Shown one piece after another: positions 1 through 12,750 of a DNA stretch of 64,000 nucleotides (positions are counted from its first letter, which is position 1; each line of letters starts with the position of its first letter). The notes beneath the pieces are model-generated. The model saw only the letters and a list, made by a program, of their open reading frames with translations. It did not search any database and had not been told where the DNA came from. The DNA is from Macrostomum lignano (lineage: Eukaryota): positions 186,001 through 250,000 of the forward strand of contig NIVC01000561.1 of NCBI GenBank assembly GCA_002269645.1, in the 5' to 3' direction. Made by a program: the position numbers and the translations under genes.

Positions 1-160
1 CAAGAGACAGGAGCGCCCACCAAGAGACAGACAGGAGCGCCCACCAAGAGACGGGGGCGCCCACCAAGAGACGGGGGCACCCACCAAGAGACGGGGGCAC
101 CCACCAAGAGACAGGGGCACCCACCAAGAGACGGGGGCGCCCACCAAGAGACGGGCGCCA
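1..160. repeat. GC-rich minisatellite, ~20-bp unit (ccaccaagagacgggggcgc), truncated by the window start
   Basis: About 7-8 copies are directly visible. Confidence 0.9.
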
Positions 161-1371
161 ACCAAAGCACGACATATCGGCGCCCCTTAGGTTTGGGAAC
201 TTTGGGGCCTTTAAAATTGATCAGCTTTACTCTCCTTACTGCCCGTGCCCCCCACTGTGCCTTACATTCACCTTTTTACAGTGCAAGAAACCTAGTGGTT
301 TAAAACCTAGCTTATCTGTGACTAACAGGCCCTATAAAAGAAGCAAACAGACTACAGAGCAGACTCCTTATCAGTGAAACAAAATATAGTTTAGCCTAGA
401 TCTTGTATATAACTTAACACTATATATTAGACTTGGTAAGTAAAGTTTAGTAATTTACTGTATAACAATATGCATTATAAATTAACGGACCGTGCTTGCA
501 GATTACTATATTTAACTTTGAAAATTAATAGGAAGTCGTGAAATCCCAAGAATCCCAAATATTTTTTAAACTCAAACGAAAACAGCACCCAGCTTGAAAA
601 AACTGCCAAATAAGGGTGCGAAAATAACTGTTAATTTTTCATGGCACACATTTTTTATTTTCTTGAGTAGCTGCAGCCTCCCAGAGACCCAGACAAGAGA
701 AAAGTCTGGCAAACTTTATAACTGCCTCGCTGCATGCTTTGTTTTAAATTGATACCAAAATAAAAAACTGCACGTCGCTTTCTAGTGAGCCTACTGTAAG
801 TAAGTTATATAGAGTTTTTTTAAACCTGTAGCATGCGAATTCCATTTTATCTATACACAATGACCATGGACCCCCACACCAAACTCAGACAAACAAAGAG
901 GAAAGGAAATATGAAACAGAAGATGACTCATAGCTCTTTATTTTGACATCCTAAAATTTCTAAAAACTACGCATGATTAAAGCATGTCTGGATTTAGCAA
1001 CCATAATTAAAACAACCATAAGTAGCATAATTAAAATAATTTCTCTGTACACCTATATTATAGTAACAAGAGCATCTAAACTTGAGAATTACATTCGGAA
1101 CCCATGTTTGTTCACGTATTAAAATTGATAATAAGGTACACATGCACGAAGTCAATTCTTTTAAAAACTTTTAGGAACACGTGACCTGATCGACTTTTAT
1201 GCCCCAGAAAAAAATCACAACATCAAAATGCACCATGGTATTTATAAGTATAATCAATAATTCGAAAGTAATTTGAAGCTTAAACGCATCAGGAAATTGC
1301 ATAGCGTATAGTAGTTTCTCAGGAGTTACATGCATTTTGAAGGGGTAACCATTTAATTTCATATAGCGTTG

Positions 1372-1705
1372 GCGTCAGCAATCGGAAAGCGCCAGCACCG
1401 GAGGCGTCAGCACCGGGGGCGCCAGCACCGGGGGCGCCAGCACCGGGGGCGCCAGCACCGGGGGCGCCAGCACCGGGGGCGCCAGCACCGGGGGCGCCAG
1501 CACCGGGGGCGCCAGCACCGGGGGCGCCAGCACCGGGGGCGCCAGCACCGGGGGCGCCAGCACCGGGGGCGCCAGCACCGGGGGCGCCAGCACCGGGGGC
1601 GCCAGCACCGGGGGCGCCAGCACCGGGGGCGCCAGCACCGGGAGCGCCAGCACCGGGGGCGCCAGCACCGGGGGCGCCAGCACTGGGGGCGCGGCGGCGC
1701 CAGCA
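1372..1705. repeat. 15-bp tandem repeat (gccagcaccgggggc) x ~21
   Basis: Directly visible; explains the GRQHR/VLAPP pseudo-ORFs. Confidence 0.95.
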
Positions 1706-2202
1706 CCCTAATTATATTGAGTACTATAGTAACCATAAATCTGCACAGAAACTTGAAAATCCACCTTAGAGATTAAATTGTGCGCGACCATCAAACTTCG
1801 AAGTTCGAAGCAATTCGAAGCTGCATGCATATGCACACACATGTCATGCTGTACCACATGCATATCTTCACTGGCTCAATCCATCTTACAGGTAAATAGG
1901 AGCGGATGTTTACAGTATACAGCAGGCGCGGCACAGCAAACTGTTTACTGCAATTTCAAAATGTAGAGGATAAGCATTGAGCATCCATCCACACAGCTGG
2001 GCTATTCATAGCTGATAATGATCTTAACTTAGCTGGCAACGGCCTAATCGCTTTACCAAGAATTAATAGCTAATATCATCATGCCAAGCTTGCAAGCGAA
2101 GCTGAAACCCAATTGACACAGGAAGTAAAAGCGTGATAGATAGTGTCAACTTGTTAAGCTTTCTTCAACGTTTTAAACTGAACTTCCATAATTGTTCCAG
2201 AT

Positions 2203-2612
2203 CGGGGCTCGGCAAGCATTTTTAACTTAAGGGCCAGATTATAGAATCTAGCGCATGGCTGCAGGTCAGAGAAAGAACAGAGGAGAGAGGGAGATGAGAG
2301 ATGAGAGAGGAGGGGAGAGAAGAGATGAGAGAGGAGGGGGAGAGGAGGGGAGAGAGGAGATATGACAGAGAGGAGGCGATGAGAGGAATGGAGAGAGGAG
2401 AGATGCGGGAGCAGGGGAGGGGGGATGGGAGAGGAGAGGGGAGAGGGGGTGAGAGAGGAGAGGGGGAGGAGGGAAGAGAGTAGAGGATGAGAGAGAGGAA
2501 AGAGAAAAGAGACCTGAAATGAGACAAACCTTGAACGGGCCGGATTGCTATTGTGAAGTTTCAAAGGTCCCGAGGGCCGGATGGAGAGGTTGCTTCGCGG
2601 GCCGCATGTTGT
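2203..2612 (+). mobile_element. hAT-like MITE family copy with GA-rich interior
   Basis: The 5' end (ggggctcggcaag...aagggccagat) and 3' end (gggccggattgctattgtgaagtttc...gagggccggat...cgcgggccgcatgtt) recur at 11501, 38215-39078 (minus) and 47215-47307. Confidence 0.6.
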
Positions 2613-3895
2613 ATCAAGTTCTGTACAGTGCACAGTATACAACATGAGCCATGCAGGTATGCCCCAACCACCCCTGTGCAAGAGATACTGGCCAATGGGA
2701 ATCACGTTGGCTTGGGGCCGGGTCTGCACAGAGAGTTCGTGAACCCAATAAAGTAGGGGACCCAGCAGCCCGGCTCTCAGAATACCTCAGAACAACACCA
2801 CTACAAGAAACTTTCAACCACCAGGAAACTACATAGATAGAGGTAAGTTGCACATTCGAACTCAAAGATCGAACTCAAAACAAGAGTACCCAGAATCTGC
2901 TAAACTGGTTCAAGGCCGGTCCATAAGGGCTGTCTGTTTTACTAATAACTTTTGGTCCCCTTAAACCAGTTGAGCAGTATGGAGCATTTCACCATTGACT
3001 TTATTTATCACCTAATTGTAACGCTTTTTCAATGCATCCTACTGTTCAGTAGTCAGAAAATAAAATCGACATAGACAATAAATAAAATAGCGCTTATTAG
3101 TGAGCAATGACAAGTTTGATACAAGTAGAATGCGTTGCTGTGTATTTTGTGTATTTTTTCATTCGATTATAGGACTGATTTATATATATTCAATCTGCGA
3201 CATGGATCGTACGATATTGAAGTAAATTTATAATGATAACTGGGGAGGCGGGGTTCACATTCTTTGTACAACAGAAGGGACATTTATTACAATCGCAATA
3301 AGTAAAATTTTAATTAGCAAAGTTGAAGCTTTTATTAAGCTGAGCTGCCGCCTCTGCGCGTTAGGCATAATTTACGTAGATAAGAAATCAGTTAATTGGT
3401 TGTTGACCACCTTGCAATACTATCAATTAAGTCACTGCTAATGAGTAAGCTGGAGTTTAGCGGCTGTTGTGTTGAAAAAAAGAAATAAATTGCAGAAAGC
3501 ATAGATAGCAGCGGCCTGACTAAAAAACAGCACAAATATACTAATTACGCTACTGCAAGTAAGCTACTCGTAGATGCACAAATTCAAATCTCTTTTATAG
3601 CAGTTATAAAAAATTATCGACACTTCTAACGTAGCGGAGAGTCTGTGTATTTTAACGCACAATCAGCAGTAGCAAGTAATAATGATGATGATTATTATTA
3701 TTTCTATGACAAACAAAGCTTTAAAGCTTAACGAACGCTTTGTATGACGGGATTAGGAAGCGATAGAAACTGATATAAAAAAGGTGCAAAATTAGGGACT
3801 TCAGGTGAGAACCGCGATAATTGAGGCAAAAATGATTATGACTGATGTATGAGGAATAAAAAAACAATTGCTTTAACTGAGGGCTGAACACAATT

Positions 3896-4650
3896 ATATG
3901 GAAGGGAAGGAATGTACATTCAGTGAGTTAGGAGTCGGATAGGACCCAATGTGCATTCTATGGTAGGGAAGGAATGTACATTCAGTGAGTTAGGAGTTGG
4001 ATAGGACCCCATGTACATTCTATGGTAGGGAAGGAATGTACATTCAGTGAGTTAGGAGTTGGATAGGACCCCATGTACATTCTATGGTAGGGAAAGAATG
4101 TACATTCAGTGAGTTAGGAGTTGGATAGGACCCAATGTGCATTCTATGGTAGGGAAAGAATGTACATTCAGTGGGTTAGGAGTTGGATAGGACCCAATGT
4201 ACATTCTATGGTAGGGAAGGAATGTACATTCAGTGAGTTAGGAGTTGGATAGGACCCCATGTACATTCTATGGTAGGGAAAGAATGTACATTCAGTGAGT
4301 TAGGAGTTGGATAGGACCCAATGTGCATTCTATGGTAGGGAAAGAATGTACATTCAGTGGGTTAGGAGTTGGATAGGACCCAATGTGCATTCTATGGTAG
4401 GGAAAGAATGTACATTCAGTGGGTTAGGAGTTGGAAAGGACCCAATGTGCATTCTATGGTAGGGAAAGAATGTACATTCAGTGGGTTAGGAGTTGGATAG
4501 GACCCAATGTGCATTCTATGGTAGGGAAATAATGTACATTTCAGTGGGTTAGGAGTTGGATAGGACCCAATTTGCATTCTATGGTAGGAAAATAATGTAC
4601 ATTCAGTGGGTTATAAAGCGGAAAAGACCCAATGTACATTTTATGGTTGG
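3896..4650. repeat. ~59-bp minisatellite, ~12 copies (aatgtacattcagtgagttaggagttggataggacc...)
   Basis: Directly visible tandem array. Confidence 0.9.
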
Positions 4651-5737
4651 TAGGACAGAATAGGGTAGAATGCAATTTTAAACAATCAACGTACATCCGA
4701 GGGCTGGTTTAAGGGAAACGAACGTACACCGATGTTTGATCGGGAAATGACAGCTAAATTAGGAATTTAGTGGCCTATAATAGTGGTGAAACAACCGAGA
4801 CAATTTTTAAAGACAGCCAAGCCTCACGTTTAAAATGGTAAATCAGATGAAAAATGACATGCCTCTAAATTGAATAAGCTAAGAATGATTAGCTACTTTA
4901 TTAATAATCCCACAAGCATCGCACGCAGGACATACAGGACTAAGAGCGGCAGCAGCACAAGGACAATAAAATTGCGAAGTTTAACAAAATATTCGAAACA
5001 AATTTTGGTGCTGACAGAAAAGTTTTAAGCAGATGATGAGAAGAAATATTAACCTAAAAGTGGCAATGTGGGCAAGTTATTAGTTTTTTATTATAAATTT
5101 CTGACTTGCTGAAAATATTAGAAAATTAAGCAATGGTCCTGATACATAATTTGAGAATTGCATCCTCTGACAGACAGCACAATCAGAGATTTTTTTACTT
5201 TTCTTTCTAGCAGTGACTACGCGTAAATTATACTACTGACAAACAGTCATAGAAGTAGTAAGCCCTTAGCTTCGATACCTAAATTAATGAATTAATTGAA
5301 TAAGAATACTAAGGCACCGCTTGAATATCTCGCGTGGACGAATTGAAACAACTGAGAGAGAGGGGGAGAGAGGAAGAGGGAAAAAGAGGGAGAGAGTGAA
5401 GGGAAAGGGATAGGGGAAAAGAGGGAGAGTGAGAGAGGGGTAGAGAGGGGAAGAGAGTGGGAGAGTGGAAGTGGGATAAGGGAAGAGAGGGAGAGGGATA
5501 GGGGAAGAGCGAGGGAATGGCGGAGAAGGGGAGAGAATTCAGCAAGAACGAAATGACACATTTAGAAGCCATTGGAAGCAAGCACACGCATCAGATTAAT
5601 TTTAATAATAGGACGCACAGTTAATATATAGAGTGGCGGAAAGACTGAACAGGTGAGAACAGGAAACTTGGAAATCAGCACAAGGGGATCAGGCTACAAA
5701 TAAAATAAACATAAATTTAAAGCAGGCGTGAGGGTCA

Positions 5738-7498
5738 TCAGCTCGCAGCCTTGTACAGCAGCCGCTTGGGCGCCCTGGAGTCGGACTGCAGCGCCATCAG
5801 TAGGTCCCGCATGCCCACCCGGGTGTGCTTCGGCCGTTTCGAACCGAGAGAGCCCAGGCCTCCGCCGATGCCGCCGCTGCTGCCGCCACCACCGCTGCCG
5901 CCGCCGCCGCCAGGCCCGGCGCCGAAGAACGGCCGCTTCCGGCTGCTGCCGAAGATGGCCAGAGCGGCGGTCTCGTTTGCCTTGTCCTGCTTGTCCTGCT
6001 CGTACTCGGCTTCTTGCAGTTCTCGCGCCTTCTGCTTCAACTTCTGCTGCTCCGGGTCGTCCATTTTAGCTCGCGACTTCGCCGCCCTAAGCAGCCGTTC
6101 GCGCTCCTCCTCGTCTTTGCGCTGCTTCTCCTGCGCGTCGAGGCCGGCCAGGAATTTCAATCGCCTTGCCGCGTCGTCGGTGCGGGCCAAATAGGGACAG
6201 GCGGCCGCCAGCGGCTCAGACCTGTGCTCAGCAGCGGCCGCCGCATGTTCTAAAATGTCGGTAAGTCGACGCTCAACAGCAGCTGATAGAAAAGCGACGG
6301 CGCTGTCGGAGACTTCCAGAAGACCGTCGGATCGGACGAGGTTGATGAGGCGACGCTGGAGCGAGCCGGAGCCGAAGAGGACGCCCTGGTCGGGGCACTG
6401 GCGAGCTGCTCCCGCGGCAGTTGCAGGCGTCACCGCCGTGGCCGCGGCAGCAGCCGGTGCAGACGAAGATGAAACCGCAGTGACAGAAGCTGAGCTGACA
6501 GCAATTGCTGTAAAGGATGCCTCATTCTCATTCTTGATATTTGCTCCGACAAATGATTTGGTATCTGCCAGATTATCGTCTGAAGGGACAGACTGCTTCT
6601 GCTGGATAGCTGAACTTGTTGCTGCATGCATAACAGGCACAGCGGAAGAAGTCGCTGAAGACACCGCAGTAGCAGTTGAGGGCAACGGCGCAGCGGTTGA
6701 GGCAGCGACAAGAACAGTGGAGGCCATGGGGCGGCTGTGCTGCATCATTGGCTGCATGGCTGCTCGAACTACAGTTGGGGCTGGCATTCGCATGAGCTGC
6801 TGCTGCTGTTGTTGCGACTGCTGCTGCTGAGGCATTGGCGAGTCCAACCTGACCAGGCCCTGTCGATATGCCCGTCGATAATTGGGCAGGTGCAAATTGA
6901 GAAAGCCCAGCAACTGATCCGAATTAGTGCTAGAGCCTAGCGCCTCTTTCAACTGATTGACAAAGTCTGGCACTGGCAGGCGTTCCTCCACAACATCCCG
7001 GATCAGCTGGGTGACCCTCTGCGGTCTCGTGTTGTCTTCGCTATTCTCTCTGGACAGGCGCTGCAATACGCTGAGAAAGTTTGAGCACTTTGCTATGCTC
7101 TCATTGCTGACCCCACCGGCGCTGACTTGAGTAGGCGCTCCGCCAACTGGCACGCCGGGACTGGCAGCTACGCCGCAGACGGCAACGTGAGACACCGGCG
7201 GTCGAGCCTGCATAGCCGCCTGCGGCATGGAGGCCGCGGCCGCCGGCCTAGCAATAATCTGTTGGCCGCCATTGCCATGGAACAGCACATACTGCGGCAT
7301 GCTCGGATGCCTGAGCACAATATTCGGCCCCATGGCCAGCTGTTGCCCGCTGGGCATTCGAATCACCGAGGCGGCACTGCTAGAAACGCTACCAGCTGCT
7401 GACGGCTCCGACGGTCGGACTGACTGAGGCGGAGCCATGTGCACCAGGCGAAGCTGCGCGGCGCCATTTGGAGCCTGAAAGGCCCGACTGTCGCCCAT
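5738..7498 (-). CDS. TAF4: TFIID subunit TAF4 (TAFH/NHR1 + histone fold + conserved C-terminal domain); CDS uninterrupted
   Basis: TAFH-like segment (IAKCSNFLSVLQRL...RVTQLIRDVVEERL..PDFVNQLKEAL...LLGFLNLHLP), histone fold (LQRRLINLV...SDSAVAFLSAAVERRLTDILE), the KQRKDEEERERLLRAAKSR...ANETAALAI segment and the terminal TRVGMRDLL...LLYKA motif. First in-frame ATG is at 7498; the frame is open to 7564, where an AG acceptor is possible. Confidence 0.93.
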   Translation of the reverse strand: MGDSRAFQAPNGAAQLRLVHMAPPQSVRPSEPSAAGSVSSSAASVIRMPSGQQLAMGPNIVLRHPSMPQYVLFHGNGGQQIIARPAAAASMPQAAMQARPPVSHVAVCGVAASPGVPVGGAPTQVSAGGVSNESIAKCSNFLSVLQRLSRENSEDNTRPQRVTQLIRDVVEERLPVPDFVNQLKEALGSSTNSDQLLGFLNLHLPNYRRAYRQGLVRLDSPMPQQQQSQQQQQQLMRMPAPTVVRAAMQPMMQHSRPMASTVLVAASTAAPLPSTATAVSSATSSAVPVMHAATSSAIQQKQSVPSDDNLADTKSFVGANIKNENEASFTAIAVSSASVTAVSSSSAPAAAAATAVTPATAAGAARQCPDQGVLFGSGSLQRRLINLVRSDGLLEVSDSAVAFLSAAVERRLTDILEHAAAAAEHRSEPLAAACPYLARTDDAARRLKFLAGLDAQEKQRKDEEERERLLRAAKSRAKMDDPEQQKLKQKARELQEAEYEQDKQDKANETAALAIFGSSRKRPFFGAGPGGGGGSGGGGSSGGIGGGLGSLGSKRPKHTRVGMRDLLMALQSDSRAPKRLLYKAAS

Positions 7499-9304
7499 GG
7501 TCTGAGAAACCTGCTTGCTGCTCTGTCCGAGTTTCTGTCCTCTGCTGTGCCTAGCCAAGCTCAACTGTCAGTTGCTTTGTTTGTTTTAAAGCAGATGAAA
7601 ATGGAAAAGATAATTTTAGATGAACTTTGCTTTATTTCACTAATGCATTGACTTACCCAAAATGCTTATATATTGAAAACTTCAAACAAAAAGTAAAAAT
7701 GCAAGCATATATTTCAGATTTACACCTGCTTTGTTTTTTGGTAACACACTTTGAATGTTATGTATCTATAAGTTCAATTTTTCTTATCCCTAATGACTCA
7801 ATTTAGGTTTCTTAAGCACTAGATTCAGCATGATTTAGCATCTTAGGTATCAATTTAGGATGTCAAATAAAAAATAGGATCTTATCTAGCAATGGTTATA
7901 TGTTTAAAAAAAGAAAATGATAACAACTATTATAATGCTCTACTTTTAATAGAGAGTTATTAAATTTAAACTACATTAATTAAAATCACACTTCAATGGA
8001 AACTTTTATAGAAATTATTGCATCTAAGATAATGTAGGAAAAATCATTTACAGCTTAGATTTTTTATTGGCAGACACTTTTATATCTGAATTCTGAATTA
8101 ATAATCTGAATTAATAAAGTTTATTTATCATTTGCATAATTATATAATATAGTTATCACAAATTTAATATTAGCCATTGTCAAAATAATATAAAGCCAAC
8201 AAAATTATATAATTTAGATGATTAACTTAAATCATTCAAACATATTTATTATATTGAATAAAACTATCTAAACCCAATGTATTGATGCTTTTTTAAATTT
8301 AAATCCCAAATGCTGAAATGGCACCTTGTAAAATAGGCATTTTTTGCCAGGATTGTTAAAAAAATTGAAATGATTTTATAGCCTCTTATCTTTAGACTAT
8401 CTAGTAATACTATATAACAAATTTGCCTATTTTTTAGTATTTTTATTTAAAACCAAATAAAAAATTGAATTAAATATTTTCTTTCATAGAATTATGTTAT
8501 AATATTTTAAGCCTTTTTTGATTTCTTTGACTAGAATCATCTTGGTAGGTATAAGCAATTTATAAAACTTTTTAATTTTGATAGAAACAAACCAAAGCTA
8601 ATTTATTATTTTGTTAATTTTAGTATTTTAGCAATAGTTTGTTAGGCTAACCAAAATAACTGATTATTAAAATGACTTATACCTGCTACCTTATACTTAT
8701 ATTATACTTATACTAATACCTTAAGAGCCATTAGTCAATAGCTAGATAGTTATAAGCCTATACTAAGATTATATTATGCTTATTTTATTTAAACTTATAC
8801 AGCTATACTTATTTTAAGGACTATTAGTCAATAGTTAGAAAGTTACATATTAGCTTACATTGAAGATAGTAACAGAATTAGTAATGAGCTGCCTTAGTCT
8901 TAGCTTTAGCTCCAATGTTACATTCAACCTTAGTCTCAACTACTTTCATTTCAGTCTTGTTCCTAAATAAATTATATATGATGTTTCTTTTAAGGCCTTA
9001 GCCTAATCAGCCTTAGCTTTTAGCTAATGCATAGGAGCTTTATGCTAATGTTTGTCCCTTTGAAGTTCTGCCAACAATTGCAGAAGAGTCACTTAAATTA
9101 CATTTGAGCTAGAGTAACCTATTAGATATAAAAAACATTGTTGATATAGGAAAATATGCTTGTTTAAGAATGGCAATATAAACTAATGATAGTTTTTAGA
9201 ATAGAATGCCATATGGCTACATCATTATTTATTACAAATCTTTTATAATCAGGTTATCTAGTTCCATTCAATTAGAGGGGTCTTACTTAAGCTTATAGAT
9301 TTTA

Positions 9305-9867
9305 GCAATAGTGCAGTTTCATTTGCAAAATTATTTTTTGTTTAAATTTGAAAGTTTGAAACCAGAAAACAATAACAATGATGTTTTAAACCATTCTAAC
9401 GACTGTGCCAGAGCTCACTGGTCACGGAACTTTAAAGCAAATGGGCGCTCTATTAATATACTTTTTTCATTAAATCTGTGCCACGCTCAAATGCTACTTG
9501 AAACGCAAGTTGTCTATGGAAAAAATAGTTTAAAAAAATCGAAAGGGGCTCAAGTGGGGGGGGGGGCTTGAACTGTTTCCCTTTAGCTAAGAAGCTGCTA
9601 ATATATGCTTTTTCTTTTGGACAACATATTGCATCATGGCTGGACAACTACCAAGACCCTCGTGGATAATTCCGCCGAATGAAGTGCTGCCAGTGAATGC
9701 TCTACCACAGCTAGAGCTAAATGCACACAACCTAATGGCTGCCACGGTCTCTGCCACAAATTGTTAGAATGGTTTAAGACATCATTTTTCATCGTTGTTA
9801 TTGTTTTTTGGTTTTGAACTTTCAATTTAAACGAAAAATAATTTCGCAAATGAAACTGCACTATTGC
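9305..9867. mobile_element. MITE-like element with ~110-bp imperfect terminal inverted repeats
   Basis: 9305-~9415 (gcaatagtgcagtttcatttgc...ttaaaccattctaac) is the reverse complement of ~9755-9867. No clear TSD. Confidence 0.6.
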
Positions 9868-10423
9868 CTCGATTTTATATGCTAGCAATAAATTTGTTAA
9901 CAATTGATAGTATTATAATTGCTGCCTGCAAATCATATAGATATTTGATTCTAAGAAGCAATAAATATGACCTAATACAAGCCTACAATGCTACTTGCTT
10001 GGCCAATAATGGCAATGTAGCATAGGGCCTACTTAGCATTTTCTATCTAGAAGGAATATTGAGAGTTGTTCAAAAGATTTGCTACTTTTAGAATTTATTG
10101 TTACAAGATAGATTATGAATTATATTTTTAATATTATCATAATTATTTCACTAATTGACTAACTTAATAGGTGTAAAGTTTATTTAGTTTAAATAAACTA
10201 ATGTATTTAGTCTAATGGTTACTATACTATAGACTTCTATTATATCCCATTGCATATATCATAGTTGGCTAATATTTTAAAGCAATATAGCTAGAACTAG
10301 GCTAATATCAATTTGTTTTAGTAAGAAGTTTAAACTAATAATAATTAGAAAAAAGGCATAAAAATTAAAGAGCAAAGCTAGATATAAATAGCTAGCTTCT
10401 TCTTTATCTCTATATATAAAAAT

Positions 10424-10990
10424 CAAAACTCTGTCTGTCTGTGTGTGTGTGGACAATTTTGATCGCTATGGACTCCTAAACCGCTCAACCAAATGACACC
10501 AAACTTTACACCCACCCTAAACTTACTACGGAGAATGTCTTAGGCTACCTTTTAATTTCCTAGACTCAAGTCTTCCTACCTAAAAGTACAAAAAACTGCT
10601 CAAATTTTTTCACTAAATCCTCCATAGCGCCGCTCCACTTCTACCGATTCTCTTCAAATTTGACACAGGCAATTTTCAACTATTTTGACACAATCGTGTA
10701 AAATTTCAAATCTCAAAGTTAATCCTGAAAGCTGCTGTGCACTTTTAAAGTTAGGCTGTTTTTTTCAGCGAGGCAGCCACCCCAACCTCCGCCCACCTGC
10801 CTCTTTTTCTTGATCTGGGCAAAGGATGTGAATAGGTTTTAAAATGCCTAACTTTCGGCTCCAATAGTTTTGCTCCACGTGAAGCAATTGACTTCAAATT
10901 TGACACAATCTCTGCCTACATGTAAAGTCTCAACTTTGTATCTCAATCAGGACAGAAACTGTAAGCATGTGAAGTTTGTCTGCTTTTTCT
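10424..10990 (+). mobile_element. possible non-autonomous Helitron/DINE-like repeat
   Basis: Starts with atctctatatataaaaat...ctgtctgtctgtgtgtg, the A/T-rich + microsatellite head typical of such elements. The 3' end was not identified and the end coordinate is approximate. Confidence 0.3.
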
Positions 10991-11500
10991 GTTGTTTGTG
11001 CCACTCACTCACTCATTGCCCCAAAGCCAGACGAAGGGTCAGGCGATAGGACTGAATGTACATAGCAAATGTAGTGTTTTGGAATTCCACCCCGAGAGTG
11101 GAGAGGCTACGTTTAGCCATAACAGTTTAGTGAGAAATTTTAACCACTGCCCTCCCCTCTGTATTGGCAAACTCTGCAGCAGTTTAACACTGGATGGCAA
11201 TTGGCAAATTGAGGGAATACACTATCCAGCATGGTTTGTAAAAGCGAAATATTTATGAAAAGGCGATGCAATGCAATGCAATACAACCCTAGGCACACCA
11301 TGTAAATTTTAGGTTTTCTTTTAAAGGTACTGTGTAAATATTAAATGGCCTTCTAAGAAATGCGTATTTCCTTGGTTGTTAGACTGATGCAGACTGCAGT
11401 GGAGCTGAAGATACACAAATTCCTTTCAGGGCTGCAAATTGGCAAGAAAGATGACGTGATCAAAGCATGAGAACAACCACCCACAAACTGGCTTTCCAAG

Positions 11501-12260
11501 CAGGGATGGGCAGACTTTTACCTCAAAGGCCAGATAAAGAATCCAGCTCATAGCTGAGGGGCAGATGAAAGTGGAAAGAAGAAGGAATAGACGATTCGAA
11601 GAGAGGAGAGGCGACAGAGGGGATAAAAGAAAAGATAAAAGATAATAGAAGATGAGGGGGTGAGGACGATGAGAGAGAGGGGAGAAGAGGGGAGAGAGGA
11701 AAAGCAAGAGGAGAGAGTAGAGATGAGAGAGCAGAGAGCTGCAGGTGAGAGGAGAGAGGAGACAGCAGAGAGGAGAGCAGAGAGGAAATAGGTGAAAGAA
11801 GAGATGAGAGAGTAAAGGGAAGAGAGAAGAGATAAAGATACATCTCTACATCTCTAAGGTTCTAGAGATGAGAGAGGTGGAAGGAGAGATAAGAGATAAC
11901 GGAGAGAGGAGAGTGGAGTGAGAGAAGAGAGGGAGACAGAGTATAGAAAAGGGAAGAGAAGAGAAAAGAAGAAAGGAGAAAGGAAAGTGAGGAGTCAAAA
12001 GAGGGGAAAGAAAAGAGTACAGAGGAGAGAGATGAGAGAACATATAAGACAGAGATGCCAGATTAAAGAGGGGGATGAGAGAGCAGAGACGAGAGTGAAC
12101 AGATAAAAGATGGGAGAGTAGAGAGAACAGAGGAGAGGTTACAGAGACGAGAGGAGAGAGGAGAGACAAAGGTAGAGAAGTGAGTGAGGAGAGAGGAGAG
12201 GAAAGAGGAGAACGGAGAGGGGAGAGAGTAGAGAGAGAAGGAGAGATAAGAGAGAAAGAC

Positions 12261-12344
<84 letters not shown>

Positions 12345-12750
12345 AGCAGAGAGAAATGAGAAGAGATAAGAGATAAAAGATAAAAGAAGAGAAAGGAATG
12401 ATGAGAGAGCAAAGACGAGAGACAAAAGAGGTGAGGGAAGAGACGAGAGAAGAGAGGAGAGATGAGAAAGTAGAGGAGAGAGGAGAGGGGGAGAGAGGAG
12501 AGAGGAGAGGAGAGAGAAAACGAAAAAGTAGAGAGGAGAAAGGAGAGGAAAGAGAAACGAAGAGACAAGAGATGAGATAAGAGAGATGAAAGAGAAGAGA
12601 GATGAGGGAAGATACGAGAGAAGAGGGGAGAGAGGAGAGAAGAGAGAGGAGAGACGAGGGACGAGAGAGATGAGAGGAAACAAAGAGACGATAGAGATTT
12701 TAAAGGATCCAAGGGACGTAGGGAGAGTCAGAGAATGACCAGAGTTTAGC
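11501..12750 (+). mobile_element. hAT-like MITE family copy with a greatly expanded GA-rich interior
   Basis: The 5' end cagggatgggcagactttt...aaggccagat matches the other copies; ~1.1 kb of purine-rich low complexity including (GA)n. Confidence 0.5.

Noticed and set aside
1369-1776. GRQHR/VLAPP/RCWRP ORFs
   Set aside because: A 15-bp repeat that is open in several frames.
5751-7427. Plus-strand ORFs overlapping TAF4, and similar antisense ORFs over the other genes
   Set aside because: Shadow frames of GC-rich coding sequence.
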